A program made the translations under genes and the position numbers. A DNA stretch of 61,482 nt from Candidatus Woesearchaeota archaeon. Lineage in GTDB: Archaea; Nanobdellota; Nanobdellia; SCGC-AAA011-G17; JAPLZO01. The stretch lies in assembly GCA_043802295.1 (NCBI GenBank), contig JAZDLF010000037.1, positions 1 to 61,482 on the forward strand, read 5' to 3'. This document shows positions 28,109 to 37,218 of the stretch, piece by piece (position 1 is the stretch's first letter; each line of letters opens with the position of its first letter). A model generated the notes under the pieces. It was not told where the DNA came from and ran no database searches. It was given only the letters and a program-made list of their open reading frames with translations.

Positions 28109-29589
28109 TTTTTATAAATAGGCTCATAAATAATTACTATTGGTTGTTTTTGTTCTTGATCTAAGAAATAAATTTGAACAGGTTTTAATTTATCTTGATT
28201 TTCTTGAACCCATTTTAATGACCACTCTGGCTGTCTTTCTAAACCAGTTAAAACTATATATTTAGGTTTTACTTTATTAAATTCATCAATAAATTGTTGA
28301 GTAGTATTAAAAACATTATAGGATATAGTTTCTCTTTCAGAATAATATGTGTTTTGTGGCCATGCAGAATTAAATATTATATCATTTTTATTAGAATTTT
28401 CTTTTATCCATAAACCAGCTTCTTTTAATTGTATCTGACCAAGAGACTTATATTTTATCAAAGAATCAGCATAATTAATTTGCTGATATGCGGATATTCC
28501 TAAAATTATAATTATAATACCAATAGCAATTTCTTTGTGATGTAGCTTTAATTTATCATAGAACCTAATTAATAAATTACTTATAATAAAAAAAGTTGAG
28601 GGAAATATAAAAATTAAATATCTAGATTCAACCATACCAATAAAAAATGCATGATAAGTAAATACTGTTAGAATTACTAGAATATTCATAAAATCACTTC
28701 TTAATTTACTATCATTTTTAATTAAATCAAACCCAATTATCAAATTTATCAATACTAAAACTAAGCCTATTAAAAACAAAATTAAAAGAATGTGGATTCC
28801 ACCACCTATATAGGGTATTGGACTATAAAAAACATCAGGAAATTGAGCTATATATTCTTTTAATCTTATTGCCTGACCATAGACACCACTAGCTGCTATA
28901 ATGCCTATAGTTTTATATTTTATAAGACTGTATATCAAATAAGGCAATGTTGTTAAAAAACCAATAAAAACACCAATCCATAAATTTTTATTTTTTAAGA
29001 AATTTAGTTTTTCATTAATGATTAAATATATTAATATTACTAAAACAACTAAACCTGCTGTGAACTTCATCATTATAGCTAATGCACCAAAAAAACCCAT
29101 CCACCATAAATTATATTTAGATTTTTTATTTACATACCCTACCCAAAAGAAATACAATGTAAACAAAGAAAATGTTAATGCTGGTATATCAACCATTATT
29201 CTTGCTGTATAAAATAACACTAACCAAAAAAATGACATTATAAAAGAGCTTATTAATCCAACTTTTTCATTATACATCTCTTTTCCAAGTAAATATGTTC
29301 CATAAACTGCACCTAATGATACTATCATTTCTATAACTCTAAAGGTTAATTCATTAGCTCCTAATTTATATAAAAAAGCTGCAAATGCTGGAAAATAAAG
29401 AGCTCTTAATATACTAATATTAGCTTGAATACCAAAAGCCCAATGCTTAGCTATGCTTAAATATTCAGCCTCGTCCCACCAAAGACTTTTATTTATTGTT
29501 AGATATAATAATCTTAATATTAAAGCAAATAACAAAATTCCAATTAGGTAAAGATTGTTTTTATTTGAAAAAAACTTTTTAATATTCAT
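28105..29589 (-). CDS. GT-C glycosyltransferase, ArnT/PMT_2-like
   Basis: First-loop motif LWWDEAEYLSIAKHWAFG, about 11 TM segments, and a C-terminal soluble domain. Confidence 0.7.
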   Translation of the reverse strand: MNIKKFFSNKNNLYLIGILLFALILRLLYLTINKSLWWDEAEYLSIAKHWAFGIQANISILRALYFPAFAAFLYKLGANELTFRVIEMIVSLGAVYGTYLLGKEMYNEKVGLISSFIMSFFWLVLFYTARIMVDIPALTFSLFTLYFFWVGYVNKKSKYNLWWMGFFGALAIMMKFTAGLVVLVILIYLIINEKLNFLKNKNLWIGVFIGFLTTLPYLIYSLIKYKTIGIIAASGVYGQAIRLKEYIAQFPDVFYSPIPYIGGGIHILLILFLIGLVLVLINLIIGFDLIKNDSKLRSDFMNILVILTVFTYHAFFIGMVESRYLIFIFPSTFFIISNLLIRFYDKLKLHHKEIAIGIIIIILGISAYQQINYADSLIKYKSLGQIQLKEAGLWIKENSNKNDIIFNSAWPQNTYYSERETISYNVFNTTQQFIDEFNKVKPKYIVLTGLERQPEWSLKWVQENQDKLKPVQIYFLDQEQKQPIVIIYEPIYKK

Positions 29590-29625
29590 TCTTTAAAAAT
29601 AAAGTATTACTAATTATAAATATAT

Positions 29626-30027
29626 CTATTCAATATTATAAGCTTTTTTTATCTCTTCATCTAATTCAGAGATATGTTCATAATCTTTAAATTTTCTAGG
29701 ATCAATCCACTTGAAATCATCAAGTTCCTCATTTAATATTACTTCTTCTTTATTAGTAAAAACTAAAAAACAAAAACCTAATGTGACCCCACCATTAAGT
29801 CTATCATAAACATAATCTGAAATATAAATCTTTTTATTATCTATATTTAGGTTAACCTCTTCTTTGATTTCTCTTGTTAAACAATCCATTATACTTTCCC
29901 CTTCTTCTAGAATGCCTCCAGGAAATACCCACAAACCAGCATGAATATCAGAATTTTTTGATCTTTTAACTATTAAAAACTTATTTGTTTTCTTATTTTT
30001 TATAATTGCAGTCACAACAATTTTCAT
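29626..30027 (-). CDS. NUDIX hydrolase
   Basis: The Nudix box GGILEEGESIMDCLTREIKEEVNL matches GX5EX7REUXEEXGU. Confidence 0.85.
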   Translation of the reverse strand: MKIVVTAIIKNKKTNKFLIVKRSKNSDIHAGLWVFPGGILEEGESIMDCLTREIKEEVNLNIDNKKIYISDYVYDRLNGGVTLGFCFLVFTNKEEVILNEELDDFKWIDPRKFKDYEHISELDEEIKKAYNIE

Positions 30028-31082
30028 TTGAATTCTTTTATTTTTTCATAAACTTGTTCAGCAGATATACTATTAACAAGTTCTTCAGAATATTCATCTG
30101 TATACCAATATTTTTTTAATAAAGGACTTACTATTTTTTTAATTCTATCATAACATTCAACTTCCCAATCAGGAGTACAAAAGAATAGTGCAATAGTTGG
30201 TTTCTTCAAAGCAGCTGCAAGGTGTAAAGTCATAGTATCACCCGTAATTACTAATTTTGCTTTATTCACAACATCAATAAAATCTTTTAAAGTATTATCA
30301 CAATTATTTGCTAAAACTTGGATGCCATTCCTTTTTAGTTCGCTAACTATTTTAGGTTGCAATTCTTTTTCCTTAGGTCCTCCCGTAATAATAATCTTAT
30401 CATTTAGTTTTTTAGCTAGCTCAATTATATTTTTAGGGTCCCATTGTTTTGAAGGCCATCTTATATCAGAACCAATATTTATCAAAATATATTCCCCTTC
30501 CTGAGGTTTAAATTTAAAATCATAATCTTCTTTATTATAATCTAATTCAGCAACTTCAAACATCATTTCTTGATATGTTTTTCTATTACTTTTATTTATT
30601 TTATCAGACAATGCTCTTTCAAGATAATAATCAGCAGCTTCATTAAAAGTATCTGTATGACTATCTTCATTAAGATAATAGCCATACTTTTCATTTGCTT
30701 TTATAAAACCAGCAATTGCAGTTCCAGGAACATCTATTTCTAAGCTTATCAAAACATCAAATTCTTCTTTCATTAATCTTAACACATTTTCAAGATTATA
30801 CTCTAAAACTCTATCAATTCTAGAACTGTTTAAAAAATCTTTACTTTCTTTATTAACAAGCCATGTAATATGAGAATTTTCATATTTATTTTTTAAAGCT
30901 TTTAATAAAGGAGTAGTTCTTAACACATCACCCATAGCACCTAATTTAATAATCAAAATCTTCTTTTCAATAGGGTCATAAAATTTACAATCTTCACAAC
31001 TTGTATAATCCTCTAATCTAATTGAATCACAAGCATATTTTCCTAAATATGACCTACAATCTCTATTCCACTTATATTCCAT
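30024..31082 (-). CDS. GT9-family (heptosyltransferase-like) glycosyltransferase with Cys-rich N-terminal extension
   Basis: ILIIKLGAMGDVLRTTPLLKALK and the C-terminal VITGDTMTLHLAAAL block are typical of GT9. About 40 extra N-terminal residues carry 5 Cys (CRSYLGKYAC...CEDC). Confidence 0.7.
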   Translation of the reverse strand: MEYKWNRDCRSYLGKYACDSIRLEDYTSCEDCKFYDPIEKKILIIKLGAMGDVLRTTPLLKALKNKYENSHITWLVNKESKDFLNSSRIDRVLEYNLENVLRLMKEEFDVLISLEIDVPGTAIAGFIKANEKYGYYLNEDSHTDTFNEAADYYLERALSDKINKSNRKTYQEMMFEVAELDYNKEDYDFKFKPQEGEYILINIGSDIRWPSKQWDPKNIIELAKKLNDKIIITGGPKEKELQPKIVSELKRNGIQVLANNCDNTLKDFIDVVNKAKLVITGDTMTLHLAAALKKPTIALFFCTPDWEVECYDRIKKIVSPLLKKYWYTDEYSEELVNSISAEQVYEKIKEFK

Positions 31083-31139
31083 AAATATTAAAAACCTTAA
31101 TAAATAATGTTTTTAAACTTAATGAATTATAATACAATC

Positions 31140-31541
31140 ATGAAAGCTTATATAGCAGGCCCTTTATTAACGCCTAAAAATCAAGAATTATTAGAGAAAA
31201 TAAGCAATATTTGTAAAGAGTTTAATATAGACACTTTTCTGCCTCATATAGATGTAGGTGTTTACCAAACAGGTCAAGATTCAAAAAGATTTTTTAAAGG
31301 AGATTCAGAGCCTTTAAATGAATGTTCTTTTGTTATAGCAGTTCTTGATTGGAAAGGTATTGGCTCAGGAACAGCCTGGGAAATAGGATATGCTTATGCT
31401 AAAGGTATTCCTATAATAGGTTTAGTAGAAGACATAAACTCATTAAAAAGACAAGAAAGAATGTGTGTAATGTGTTATAATTCAGTTATACTTATTGATG
31501 GTTTAGATAAATTAAGAGATGAAATCAAAAAATTAATCTAG
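31140..31541 (+). CDS. Nucleoside 2-deoxyribosyltransferase-like protein
   Basis: KAYIAGPL start and the GTAWEIGYAYAKGIPIIGL block (catalytic Glu context). The start may instead be the upstream ATG at 31107. Confidence 0.6.
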   Translation: MKAYIAGPLLTPKNQELLEKISNICKEFNIDTFLPHIDVGVYQTGQDSKRFFKGDSEPLNECSFVIAVLDWKGIGSGTAWEIGYAYAKGIPIIGLVEDINSLKRQERMCVMCYNSVILIDGLDKLRDEIKKLI

Positions 31542-32444
31542 AGGTTTAGTACTATCGGTTTCATTAACTCTCCAACCATCTTGATAAACTTGTTTTTTAA
31601 GTTTAACATCATAAAATGCTCCTGTCCAAGCTCTTAATCTCGCATACATTGCAGTTATAACCCAAAAAAATTCTTTAATATTCTTAGGATATGTAAACAA
31701 AACTTTAATACCTCTAAAAGACTCACTAAGAAAATCACTTTCTTTAGTATATACTATATTAATTTGATTTTTTAAACTTAATCTACCCTTAATATTTCTC
31801 TTTTTTTGTAATAAATAATCTTTCATATTTTGAGGATTTAAAACATATACTTTTGCATCCTCACTATAACCTATTTTATAGCCTTTATTCCAAAATAAAG
31901 AAGGAATTACTTTATCCTCATTTGTTTCTGTAGGAAATTGCTTCACAACACCATTTTTCATAGCAAATAGATATCCTGAAATCAAAAAAAATTTGTTTTG
32001 ATTAAATAAATTTACTCTTGTTTTATTCATTTCATCAAAAAACATATGTGACCAAAATCCAAACATATTATTTCTAGAATTCATAGAAACAGGATGCCCA
32101 CAAACTATTCCAATTTTTGGATCTTTAAACATTTTTAATAAGGCCTCTAAACTATTATTTCCTAAAAAAACATCACCATCAGTAAAAACAAGAATATCAT
32201 TGTTATTATCATTGTAATACATTTCTAATAACATATTCAAAGCATTACTTTTACCTTCATCAGGATCAAGAAAAAATTCAATTCTTTTATCGTCTCCAAA
32301 TTTCTCTTTAATATATTTTTTAACATTAATAAAAGGATCGCAAACAGTAACTTTTAGATCTTTAACACCTTGGTTTAGTATGTTTTTGATTGCTTGTTCT
32401 GTTGCTTTAGGCTCTCCTCTAGCAGTAATTATTACTCTTAACAT
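31533..32444 (-). CDS. GT2-like glycosyltransferase
   Basis: GT-A features: VIITARGEP, DEGKSNALN, and VFTDGDV (DxD). The track start at 32468 is TTG; the first ATG is at 32444, 10 nt after the upstream stop. Confidence 0.65.
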   Translation of the reverse strand: MLRVIITARGEPKATEQAIKNILNQGVKDLKVTVCDPFINVKKYIKEKFGDDKRIEFFLDPDEGKSNALNMLLEMYYNDNNNDILVFTDGDVFLGNNSLEALLKMFKDPKIGIVCGHPVSMNSRNNMFGFWSHMFFDEMNKTRVNLFNQNKFFLISGYLFAMKNGVVKQFPTETNEDKVIPSLFWNKGYKIGYSEDAKVYVLNPQNMKDYLLQKKRNIKGRLSLKNQINIVYTKESDFLSESFRGIKVLFTYPKNIKEFFWVITAMYARLRAWTGAFYDVKLKKQVYQDGWRVNETDSTKPLD

Positions 32445-32454
32445 TTTTGAAAGT

Positions 32455-32652
32455 TTAAGGAACCTCAATAGTATCTTCAGCTATTTTTATCACTACTTTT
32501 TTTTCACCCTTATCATTAACAGCCTCTATCCTACATTTTGATTTTCCATGTTTTCCAATGTTAGAAAATTCTATGTTCTCAATCTTATATTTAGAATCAT
32601 CAATTAAAATAAACTCTCCCTTCCTCAAATCTTTAACTTCCTTTTCAGACAT
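32455..32652 (-). CDS. aIF5A-like protein consisting only of the N-terminal (hypusine-loop) domain
   Basis: VKDLRKGEFILIDDSKYKIENIEFSNIGKHGKSKCRIEAV...IEVP aligns by eye with the aIF5A N-domain, including the GKHG hypusination loop. The ORF stops at the domain boundary. The alternative upstream ATG at 32685 adds 11 non-homologous residues. Confidence 0.65.
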   Translation of the reverse strand: MSEKEVKDLRKGEFILIDDSKYKIENIEFSNIGKHGKSKCRIEAVNDKGEKKVVIKIAEDTIEVP

Positions 32653-32751
32653 AAAATAATATCCATTAAAACCATTTATAAGCATTATGGAATTATTATT
32701 TATTAAGTAGTTTTCATAATCTTTATATAATGAACAAGAAGTTTTCTAAAT

Positions 32752-33477
32752 ATGGTTATGAATAATACAATAATAATTTGTTCAGGTGGATTTGATAGTG
32801 TAATTACTGCTTATCATATAAAAAAACAAAACCCCAAAAAAATCATTTTATTATTTTTTGATTATAATCAAAGACCATTAAAAGAAGAATTATATTGTGC
32901 AAAAAAAACTGCAAAATCCTTGAATGCAGAATTTAAAATAATTAAACTACCTTGGTTAGGTGAACTAAGCACATCAATTATTAATAAGAATAAAAAATTT
33001 AAGCCAACAACAGATGATGATTTAAAAGATATCAAAAAATCAAAAGAAGACATAATTAATTGGTGGGTGCCTACACGTAATACAATATTTTCAACAGCAG
33101 CATTAGCACTAGCAGAGTCTCTATTTTTAAAAACCAAAGAAAAATATGATATATATATCGGATTAAAAAATGAAGGTCAAGTTCATTTTAAAGATACAAC
33201 ACCAGAATTTATTAATGAAATGAATAATTTAGTAAATGTTGCAACAAATGATGGAAATTATAAAATAATTGCACCATTCATAAATAAAGATAAAGATGAA
33301 CTAACAAAAATTGGTGAAGAATTGAAAGTCCCTTTTAAATATACTTATAGTTGTTATATAGAAAATGGTTTTAAAAAAGATTTGCCTATTCACTGTGGAA
33401 AATGCTTAAACTGTGTTTTAAGAAAAAAAGCATTTTATTGGTCAAATATTAAAGATCCAACATTATACAAGAATTAA
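32752..33477 (+). CDS. queC: 7-cyano-7-deazaguanine synthase
   Basis: PP-loop CSGGFDSV and a C-terminal Zn-binding cluster C...HCGKCLNCVLRKKAF. Confidence 0.85.
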   Translation: MVMNNTIIICSGGFDSVITAYHIKKQNPKKIILLFFDYNQRPLKEELYCAKKTAKSLNAEFKIIKLPWLGELSTSIINKNKKFKPTTDDDLKDIKKSKEDIINWWVPTRNTIFSTAALALAESLFLKTKEKYDIYIGLKNEGQVHFKDTTPEFINEMNNLVNVATNDGNYKIIAPFINKDKDELTKIGEELKVPFKYTYSCYIENGFKKDLPIHCGKCLNCVLRKKAFYWSNIKDPTLYKN

Positions 33478-33488
33478 TACAAATAAAA

Positions 33489-33692
33489 ATGTGCAGCCCA
33501 ATTGAAGTAAAATGTTTTAAATGTGGTAAGTGGTTTAAAAAAACAAAAAAAACCATAAGATGTAAAAAATGTAAAGATTGGAAATGTCCTTACTGTAATT
33601 ATTGTATTTGCAATTTTAAACATAAAGAAACAAAAAAAGCAATAATGGCAATGCTTGCAACATATGAAAGATTTCTAAAAAATAAAAAATAA
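33489..33692 (+). CDS. Small zinc-ribbon protein (four CxxC pairs)
   Basis: 67 aa with CFKCGKWF, CKKCKDWKCPYCNYC and a basic, helical C-terminus. Confidence 0.55.
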   Translation: MCSPIEVKCFKCGKWFKKTKKTIRCKKCKDWKCPYCNYCICNFKHKETKKAIMAMLATYERFLKNKK

Positions 33693-35225
33693 TTAAACCC
33701 TATATCTCACTTTATCATACCAAATTTTAAAATCAGTTGGCATACTTCTATATATTGGTTTAGCAACTTTTTCTCTTAAAAGATCAGCACCTTGCACAAT
33801 ATAACCTGTACCATAAGTAAACATCAAATGTTTACTATTAAATTTAATATTTTTTTCCTTAATTAAATATTTTAAAACAGGTGCTGGTAAAACACCATAT
33901 CTTTTTTCTGTTACAACCCCCCTCATCAAATTTAAAATCAAATTCAAATAGGCATTTCTTTTTTTTAATTTGATATGTTTAAATCTATCCCAATAATTTA
34001 AATCAAAAGCACTATCTTTTTGACTTTTAATAACACCATCTCTTAAAGCTTTTTCATATAATTCTGTTCCTGTAAAAAATACTAAATTATTAACAGATAA
34101 GAAATATGGTTTAGGTAATTTTATTAATAAATTAATTAAACTCAAAACATTCTTTTCACTTTCATAAGGATTACTGGTTATAACATCATACATAACAGCT
34201 AATTTATTTTTATATTTATTAACAATGTTAGCAGCTTTAATTACTTGTTCATCTTTAATATATCTCTTATAAATTCCATAATTAACAGTTTCACAACCTT
34301 GTATTCCAATTATTATATCAGTTAAACCAGCATCTATAAACAACTTTAATTTTTCTTCATTCATTGTTGGAGGATCAGCTAAACACTTAAACCTTATATC
34401 AATATACTTTTTATATTTATAACAAAAATCTTTAACTTCATCTAATGACATTATAAATAAAGTTTCAGCTCTAAAATCAATTGTACCCAAAGTTTTAAAT
34501 CTATTTTTTAATTGTAATAATTCTTTTATTACATAATCAACATTTAATTTTCTTATTATAGCACCTTTATCATGATACAAATTTTTTAAATATCTATTAC
34601 TGCAATAAGTACAAGAATTAGGACAACCTCTAATAGTTTGATAAAATATTTGTCCATTCAAATGTTTCTCTTCAAATTGTACAATTTTTCCTTTTTCTAA
34701 TATATAATGGTTCTTTACATCATAATCTGCAAATGGCAATTTATTCAAATCTTCTATTAAAGGTCTTACATCATTTTTTATGATTTTACCATCTTTTTTA
34801 ACCCATAAATTCTTGATATTAGTAATATCTTCTTTATATTTAATTGCATCAGCTAACTCAACAATAGCTTCTTCTCCTTCACCAATACAAACAATATTAT
34901 TTTCTTTAATACATAAATCAGGAGATATCGTAGCATGTATCCCACCATAAACTATGGGTATATTCAATTTTTTTAAATAATTTATAACTTGAGTAGCTCT
35001 TATTGAAGTAGAAGCATATGAAGCTATTCCTATTAATAAAGAATCTTTACAAATATTTTCTAATTGTTTTAAAACTTGATTAGAGTATTTTTTACTATAA
35101 TCTTCTTGTTCAGGTAAAAAAATTATCTTACTATTATAACCAGCTTGCTTTAAACAACTACTTATAATCCTTAAACCCTGATCACTAGGGTAAGTACTAG
35201 TTGAAATTAGAACTATTTTATTCAT
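33693..35225 (-). CDS. B12-binding-domain radical SAM enzyme (class B), subfamily shared with 42249-43697
   Basis: IGIASYAS...IVYGGIHATISP (cobalamin-binding-type domain), IRGCPNSCTYC, and the NLWVKKDGKIIKNDVRP block shared with the paralog. Confidence 0.8.
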   Translation of the reverse strand: MNKIVLISTSTYPSDQGLRIISSCLKQAGYNSKIIFLPEQEDYSKKYSNQVLKQLENICKDSLLIGIASYASTSIRATQVINYLKKLNIPIVYGGIHATISPDLCIKENNIVCIGEGEEAIVELADAIKYKEDITNIKNLWVKKDGKIIKNDVRPLIEDLNKLPFADYDVKNHYILEKGKIVQFEEKHLNGQIFYQTIRGCPNSCTYCSNRYLKNLYHDKGAIIRKLNVDYVIKELLQLKNRFKTLGTIDFRAETLFIMSLDEVKDFCYKYKKYIDIRFKCLADPPTMNEEKLKLFIDAGLTDIIIGIQGCETVNYGIYKRYIKDEQVIKAANIVNKYKNKLAVMYDVITSNPYESEKNVLSLINLLIKLPKPYFLSVNNLVFFTGTELYEKALRDGVIKSQKDSAFDLNYWDRFKHIKLKKRNAYLNLILNLMRGVVTEKRYGVLPAPVLKYLIKEKNIKFNSKHLMFTYGTGYIVQGADLLREKVAKPIYRSMPTDFKIWYDKVRYRV

Positions 35226-36364
35226 TTTTTCAATTTTATAGCTTCATCATATATATTCATATACTTTTTGTATATTAAATCCCAACTATAATTTTTAGAT
35301 TTCTTGATATTATTTTCACCAATCTTTTTTCTTAATTTTTCATTATCAATTAACATTAATATTTTTTCTTTTAAACCTTCAATATCGCCATATTTTACAA
35401 AAAAACCATTTTCAGGTTCTTTTATAGCATAAGGAACACCATTTACAGGACTAGCAATTATTGGTAAACCACATGCCATTGCTTCAAATAAAGTTAATGG
35501 TAAACCTTCTCTATAACTTGGTAAAACATAAATATCACATGCTTGATACATTTCTGCTATTATAGGTATACCTCTTATAGCTCCTAAATACATCATATTT
35601 TTTTGATCTTTTATTATTTCTCTAACTTCATCAAGTTTACCTTCATCAGGTCCAATAAAAACAAAATATATATCATCTCTATTTTTTAAAATTTCTTTAC
35701 CAGCTAAAGCCAATTTTTCAGGCCCCTTAGTTGGATTTAATCTACCAAAAAATAAAACAGTTTTTCCTTTAATATTATGATTTTTTTTAAAATTATTAGG
35801 TACAATTTTTTTAAATAAACCATCATCCATTCCATTTTCTATAACAACAATTTTATTTTTATCAACCCATTTTTCTAGTGTACTTAATTCCCACGGTGTT
35901 ATTGCTATAATTTTGTCCATTAAACTAAAAGACCATCTATTAAAGATTTTATCATTTAACCATAAAAAAGGTTTCAGTATTTTAGGCCTAAATGCATCTG
36001 TCCATGGACAATGAGTTGTATGAACATAAGCAGCTTTTTTCTTGCTTAAACCAGCAAACAAATGATAAGCATGCCCTGAAACATGACTATGTATTATATC
36101 AAAATCATATTTTCTTAATTTCCATAATAAAGAAGGCCATATATGAGTACTTAATGATAATCTAAACCAATATTTTAATCTATGAACATGTACACCATCT
36201 ATTATTTCTTCTTTAATTTTTATTCTATTATTTTTATCAGAATCACAGCAAAATACATGAACATCATGACCATCTTTAACTTGTCTTTTAGCTAACTCAT
36301 ACATTACTTGTTCTACCCCACCAAACGTTGGTAAATAAAACATATTGATATGTGCTATTTTCAT
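35222..36364 (-). CDS. GT4-family (GT-B) glycosyltransferase
   Basis: FGGVEQV near the N-terminus and the EX7E block YREGLPLTLFEAMACGLPIIAS. The track start at 36409 is TTG; ATG (MKIAHINMF) is at 36364. Confidence 0.8.
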   Translation of the reverse strand: MKIAHINMFYLPTFGGVEQVMYELAKRQVKDGHDVHVFCCDSDKNNRIKIKEEIIDGVHVHRLKYWFRLSLSTHIWPSLLWKLRKYDFDIIHSHVSGHAYHLFAGLSKKKAAYVHTTHCPWTDAFRPKILKPFLWLNDKIFNRWSFSLMDKIIAITPWELSTLEKWVDKNKIVVIENGMDDGLFKKIVPNNFKKNHNIKGKTVLFFGRLNPTKGPEKLALAGKEILKNRDDIYFVFIGPDEGKLDEVREIIKDQKNMMYLGAIRGIPIIAEMYQACDIYVLPSYREGLPLTLFEAMACGLPIIASPVNGVPYAIKEPENGFFVKYGDIEGLKEKILMLIDNEKLRKKIGENNIKKSKNYSWDLIYKKYMNIYDEAIKLKK

Positions 36365-36426
36365 ATGCAAAATTGCAGAATTTAGCTTTAAAAAGCTTAT
36401 GTACAACAAGAAATATATAATGTAAT

Positions 36427-37173
36427 CTATTTTTTAATTAAACCAATACCAGCCCAACCTTGATTTTTATCCTCGATAATTTCTTCAGATTTATAATTAG
36501 ACTTTATTTCATCCCAAAATTTATTGACTTTACAATCACTTTGTAAAGGATGTTTTGCAATATCATGAAGAGCTATTATACCTCCTTTTTTAACTAAAGG
36601 ACTATACATTCCAAAATCTTTCTTAACACCATCATATGTATGATCCCCATCTATAAATAAAAAATCAAGCTTATTTTTTCCTAATAAAGATTTAACATTT
36701 TCTAAAGTTGTATTATCATGTGAATTAGCTCTAATTAAATTAATCTTTTGATTTATTTTTACAAATGATTTATATAATTTAATTTTCCAACTAGGATATC
36801 CTGCACCAAATTTTCCTCCAGGTAAATCAACGCTTATTATAAAAGCATCATCATAAGCTATTTTAGAAAACAAAAATAAAGTACCTCCTTTTGCAGTACC
36901 TATCTCAAGTAAAAACTTTGGTTTTTGTTTATCTAATATTTTCAAAAGTTCTGAAATCTCATATTCAACTTGAGCAGGTTTAATTAAACCATGACAATCA
37001 TTAAAAACAAAATTAATTAAATTTTTTATATTAAAACTATTAAACTTCTTTACCTTAGAAAAACAAATTGGATAATAAATAAATTTTGTAGTTTTATTAA
37101 AAGACTTCTTAGTAAGTATTAATAGACCATCTTTCTTCAAAATCTCAATTGCTTTTTTTAATTTAGTGGACAT
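36427..37173 (-). CDS. Class I SAM methyltransferase, CmcI/Methyltransf_24-like
   Basis: LLEIGTAKGGTLFLFS (motif I) and the FLFIDGDHTYDGVKKDF block, typical of this sugar/antibiotic O-methyltransferase group. Confidence 0.65.
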   Translation of the reverse strand: MSTKLKKAIEILKKDGLLILTKKSFNKTTKFIYYPICFSKVKKFNSFNIKNLINFVFNDCHGLIKPAQVEYEISELLKILDKQKPKFLLEIGTAKGGTLFLFSKIAYDDAFIISVDLPGGKFGAGYPSWKIKLYKSFVKINQKINLIRANSHDNTTLENVKSLLGKNKLDFLFIDGDHTYDGVKKDFGMYSPLVKKGGIIALHDIAKHPLQSDCKVNKFWDEIKSNYKSEEIIEDKNQGWAGIGLIKK

Positions 37174-37218
37174 AATTGATCGATAACCAAATAATTTATA
37201 AATTTAACTTTTATAATA

